A stretch of DNA of 64,000 nucleotides from Octopus sinensis (lineage: Eukaryota): NCBI RefSeq assembly GCF_006345805.1, contig NC_042997.1, positions 112,344,001 through 112,408,000 of the forward strand, in the 5' to 3' direction. The position numbers and the translations under genes are program-made. Positions within the stretch are counted from its first letter, which is position 1. The number at the start of each line of letters is the position of its first letter. The notes below the pieces were generated by a model. The model had not been told where the DNA came from. It made no database searches and saw only the letters and a program-made list of their open reading frames with translations. This document shows, piece after piece, positions 63,421 through 64,000 of the stretch.

Positions 63421-64000
63421 CGTAGTTTAAATAATTTATTTAAACAACACTTGCATTTATTTGTTGTATACACCAAAAAATTCACTACATGACATTACCA
63501 ACTTACTTTGAGTTGGTGAAGAAGAAAATAAACGGGGGAAATACTGTGCCGATATGATGTGGTAAAACTGGACATGTTTTGTGTCTGTGTGTGCATTGGT
63601 CATTCAGTGGTGTCTGTTTATGTTCTGTGACCGTTACTGTGTTGGGCCATTCGTGCCGAATATCTGGTTCTCTGTTGGCTACTTGACCGGTGCAAGGCTG
63701 TCTCTTGAGAGTTCACCTAGTAACAGCTTTTTGCCGTACCTTAACAGATTGCTGTATTTATAATGGTCAGGACAGCTAGCAGGACAGACATAGCACAGGA
63801 GTAATTTCTACTTTTGTAGGTCACCTCCCAGTCACTTGAACCTTAAATGACATGGCTCAAGTCGTAGGTCGAAGGAAAAACTATCCATCACTTTTTGATA
63901 GGACAAAGAAATTTCTTTCGCGCCTGTTTGGCCAATGGTGGCTCAGACGAGCGAGAATCCTTAGATTCGGTTTCGAATCTCGGCTCGGAAAACGGAAGTG

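Overview
Eukaryotic, AT-rich, repeat-dense DNA. The SINE/RTE repeat families look like those of a coleoid cephalopod, probably Octopus (inference from family recognition, not a database hit). Two genes converge tail-to-tail. On the minus strand (24.9-62.6 kb) lie the last 13 coding exons of HYDIN, the axonemal central-pair protein. They splice in consistent phase into about 975 C-terminal residues, and one exon (58237-58406) is absent from the ORF track. On the plus strand is the terminal exon (11732-12012) of an unidentified protein with a PLDLT CtBP-type motif and an acidic tail, followed by a probable ~4.9 kb 3'UTR. The rest is mobile DNA: RTE, CR1/L2 and R4/Dong-like LINE remnants, tRNA-derived SINEs, piggyBac, hAT, mariner and Merlin-like MITEs, Helitrons and Penelope-like elements. 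The most unusual signal is a set of fold-back elements, mostly in (TA)n, that carry minimal type I hammerhead-ribozyme motifs. One of them has a compensatory G3-C8 swap of the conserved C3-G8 core pair. All identifications are by eye; none was confirmed by computation.
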